Shown: positions 59,377 to 64,000 of the stretch, in pieces
How positions within the stretch are numbered: position 1 is the stretch's first letter
Layout: each line of letters begins with the position of its first letter
From: Chrysomallon squamiferum
Lineage: Eukaryota; Animalia; Mollusca
Direction: 5' to 3'
Assembly (NCBI GenBank): GCA_012295275.1
Contig: CM022671.1
Span: 31,124,001 to 31,188,000 of the forward strand
DNA: 64,000 bases
Program-made: the position numbers and the translations under genes
The notes under the pieces: generated by a model
The model's input: only the letters and a program-made list of their open reading frames with translations
Databases searched by the model: none
Told to the model about the DNA's origin: nothing

Positions 59377-60890
59377 TATAAAGCGATAAATTAAATTTGA
59401 AACGAAGGTTTCAGTTTGATTAAGTCTCGTCTAAAGAGCCGCTCACAGACAACAACAACAAAATCTATATTTTTTACTTACCACTCAGTCCCGTTAAGTG
59501 CAGCTGTAGTGCATCTTTCAGGGTTTAACAAAAACGAAAATAACAGAAAACAAACAAATTTCGTGTTGCTAATGCGAAGCTCGGAGTGAATTTTGGTGTT
59601 TTCTTTTACGAGTGCACCGTTTGCCAAAACAGGTGATGTCAGGACATTTCACAACATGTCCAAAATGTTGGTTCAGTTTGGTTCAGTTTGGTTCTGTTTG
59701 GTTCATCGGTCAGCGGAGTTAATGACCGCGAGTTCGTTAACCTCGTCAGAATCTGTGAGTTCTCGGTCCAGTGCACACAGACGTAAAGAGCAGAGATGAT
59801 TTTGTCCGTCCAGACTTTATACAGATTACTGATACGTCCAGCATCACATGCATGCATATATACAAAATACATATACACAACATATACATACATATGTAAA
59901 TACGTACATACACACCAACGTACATACACATACACACCAACGTACATTCACACATACATACATACATAATACATACATACATACATACGTACATACATTC
60001 ATACATACATACATACGTACATACATTCATACATACATAATACATGCATACATACATTTATACATACTACATACACATCTACATACATACGTACATACTT
60101 ACATACATATATACATAAATCCATACATACTACGTCCTTATTTACGTACGTTTATGCATATCATACATACATATACATATATGCATACATACGTACGTAC
60201 GCACACACTACAGATATTATTCTGAAAATTAATTCTGCGTGTTTGCAAAGAAGGGTTGTGTTATTCAGACACGCCCTTTAAATGTACCTGCCGTCTGCTC
60301 CTATGTACCCATTTCCGCCATTGCTAAATTGTTGAACTGTCAGCCAAGAGGCCAAGATCATTTCTGTTTCGTTAATGTCCTTCTCCTTCTTCCCTTCAGT
60401 AAAAACTTTCCCCTTCACCTAGAGTCTTGAGTTGAATTCTGGGATAGCAAGCAACCAAAATGACGATGTGAAGTATTGAGAATCAGATTTAGATCTAAAT
60501 AAATAAGAAACGTATTTTTATTTTTATTTTTATTATTGTTATTTTTTTTTTTTTTTTTTTTTTTCATAATTACGATATATCAATGTCATTGTGGTTTAAT
60601 GTCACTACTGCTGAACTAATTAATGAATATTAATTTTTAATTTTTAATTTTTGTATTTGCAGAATTTCAACATCATTTATCATCTGAAAAAAAATAAAAT
60701 AAAAAATGATATCTATACATTAAACTTGGCTAGATCCAAGCTCTTCATTTTGACGTGAAAGAAAACATTTTGGTATTGTCGTGACGAGAATAAAGATATC
60801 AATTTTTCAGACTCTCTAACACGCCTGTTTCCAGGTCCTCACGTATGTGTCTTCATCCTTCGCCAAATTCTTCTAAACATTGCAACAAAT

Positions 60891-61101
60891 AACCATCTGG
60901 AACAACCAACCATCTGGCAGGATGAAACCTGAAGCTTTCATGTCTCAAAGAGAGAAATAAAAAAACAACAAAAATGATGACCCGACTGTCCCGGCTTTGC
61001 CACAAAGTCAAATACCATCGTCTCCGTGGCATTCCTCATCCTCCGCTGAATTCTTGGAACCCCCCAAAAGCAATCAGCCATCTGGGATGATGACCATCTG
61101 G
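60891..61101. promoter_or_regulatory. Two tandem pairs of CCATCTGG E-boxes (CAGATG class)
   Basis: CCATCTGG at 60893, 60910, 61078 and 61094. Confidence 0.45.
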
Positions 61102-61515
61102 GGAATTATACGTGTCGCATTCCGGCCGCTAGCGGAGTGTGTAAACTTGTAACGTAAGCACGCCGGTTTCTGCTTGTGTTAGTAAACTGATAGCCAAAGG
61201 TTTTCGTCTCTCACTTATCGAAATGGCCGAGATAGCAGAACTGCAAGCTTTGAAGAATTCGTCAATGCCAAAAGCGGGCTTATTCTGATAGGTCTGACAT
61301 ACCACGGACCGAAGAATGAAAATGAGAGCTGGCAAGACAGATTAGAGAAGAAGGTGGGGAAGACACGGGGGGCGGGTGGGGTCGGGTTAGAAAGAGAGAT
61401 GGGAAGTGGTGAAGATAGATTGAATGATGGAGGTACGGGGATAGAGAGAGAAGGGGTTAAAAATATATTGAATGAGACGGAGAGAGACAAAGATATGTAA
61501 AGAGCGACAAACACG

Positions 61516-61904
<389 letters not shown>

Positions 61905-62262
61905 TCTTTGTTTCTGTACTAATATACAAACGAAATCATTACATTTTTTCTGAGTGTTAAAGCCGATGGGGTTTTTCTATAGAATGTGATGAATGCTTTT
62001 TTACTTTTTTTCGTCTAAGTATGTAAAAGGATATGGGCATCACAAATGTTTGAATCGGTGTCTAAAATAGGAATGAACAAACATCGCTGTCTTTTCAAGA
62101 TAAACCGTTTACGTCATCAGTTCGTCTAGAATGAAATACTTCTTACACAGAACAACTTTTGACCTTTCTTCTCAACTCTTCCTCTCCTCTTTTCTTCATT
62201 TCATTTCTTGTTCTAGTTTTTTTCTTCTTCTTCTTCTTCTTCTTACGCTATTATGTCTTTTC

Positions 62263-62303
<41 letters not shown>

Positions 62304-62312
62304 TTTTATTAC

Positions 62313-62348
<36 letters not shown>

Positions 62349-63456
62349 TATTATTCGTGTTGTTGATGTTGTTGTGGACGTTTTCGTTGTGGTAGTCGTT
62401 ATGATTGTTGTTGTCGTTATTTTTTCTTGCTTTTCTTTTCTTTTCTTATCTCTCTTCGTTCATCAAAGCCTCCATCTTCTGCTCGCTTTTCGTCTGTCCC
62501 GATAGTTTTGCGTAGGAACAATTACGAAATTACATCCTGAATGCAAATGATATTTTTAGCCATTCCTCAAAACAGACGACGGGACCAATCCAATTAGGGA
62601 TTACATTTAGCTGTAATGGCTCCCTGGAACCAATCCTGACTGTATGATCAATACGACGAGACAGAGCGTGGCACAAGTAGGAGTTACAAATACAACTGTT
62701 GGTCTTCGACGTTCAGACAGACTTATCCTGTTTGTTAAATTACGTACAAGAAGAGGTGACTCCTGTTGTGACTTTTATAGGTGGGAGTTTAATTCGAAGT
62801 ACTTGCAAGAAGCCATCGCTGTGATTTTTTTTTTTTTTTTTAACAAATAATACATTTAATAATACAACGTGTTGTTGTTGTTGTTGTTGTAAAGGATAAT
62901 TATGCGTGGCATAATTATTAATCGTGTGCGTGTAGGTTTTCTTAAGTTAAATAACTGGTGCATATTGTGTTGAAAATGTGATTCCCTCAGAACTGCCTTA
63001 ATTTTTGCAACAGAATCAGCAATTTTTAATAATATATATTTGTTTTAACATTATACATACATATGTATATGTACAAACATACACATATACACTCAGACAC
63101 AGCACACTCACTAAGGATCCTAAACTATACAAACTGACTTAATGCAAAAATTCGATATCCCCAACAAATACAACAGGACGTATCAAAGTGACAAGTCTGC
63201 CCTTGTTCTGCATACTGGCAGCCTGCAGGAATCCGCCGCTGTTATTACAAGAATATGACCGATAAGTCAATAATAATCATAAACCTTAATATTCTGTGAT
63301 GGATGGACCGTTAAACTTTTCCTCGATCAATAAGGATGAAGATAATACGGAGTAAATGAAATTAATACGTCCATTTGTTTTGGAAATAGATGTCTATATA
63401 TAAATATATAGAAACGATTACTACAGATATATATATATATACATACATACATACAT

Positions 63457-63620
<164 letters not shown>

Positions 63621-63744
63621 CGGATTCTTTAACACATGTATATTTGAACTGTTTGTTGAGTGTTTTCTTGGTACGTTTCAAAAAGAAAAATTCCAGAACG
63701 CACGTACGCGGGACTCAGAGTTTATTAAGATTGTAGCATCACAG

Positions 63745-63880
63745 AACAGCAGCGCCATCTGGACAATGTGAGTCAAGTGCTCTGGGATATATAACATTTG
63801 AAACGCGCCCGGCACGCGAGCACGTGCCCGATATGAACATACGTCTCAACCCTATGACGTCATATTAGGAACACGTGTCG
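63745..63880. promoter_or_regulatory. Motif-dense island: reverse CTCF-like site, AP-1, HES/E-boxes and CRE
   Basis: CAGCGCCATCTGGA 63750-63763, TGAGTCA ~63769, GGCACGCGAGCACGTGCC ~63811-63828, TGACGTCA 63855, CACGTG ~63872. Confidence 0.45.
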
Positions 63881-64000
63881 TATATCATTGCTGGGACAAC
63901 GGTTTTTCTCTTTTTTCTTTCTTTATTTCTTTTTTTTTTTTTTTTTTGTTCTTTTTTCGACTGAATTTAATTTGTTTAGTGCATTTTATTTAAAAGTTTT

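Overview
This is a 64-kb, AT-rich eukaryotic non-coding window (intergenic or large intron) with no supportable protein-coding gene; nearly all tracked ORFs are microsatellite translation artefacts. Dense simple repeats ((AG)n, (AC)n, (ATT)n, (ACT)n, (ATAC)n, (AGAT)n) alternate with 200-600 bp CpG-retaining unique islands. Recognisable elements are two Tigger/pogo-type MITEs with TA target sites (one resembling, from memory, mammalian Tigger4/Zombi), an internally deleted Tc1/mariner retaining the transposase C-terminus, several tRNA-derived SINE copies, a ~255-bp inverted duplication and a 29-bp minisatellite. One SINE resembles a repeat I recall from the gastropod Gigantopelta, suggesting a mollusc (inference). 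The islands carry many regulatory-type motifs: 11 perfect CRE palindromes, an E-box/HRE cluster, nuclear-receptor palindromes, CTCF-like sites and an unassigned recurrent 8-mer, CAGACGAC. I cannot demonstrate a new biological system from sequence alone. The best candidate is this microsatellite-partitioned regulatory landscape.
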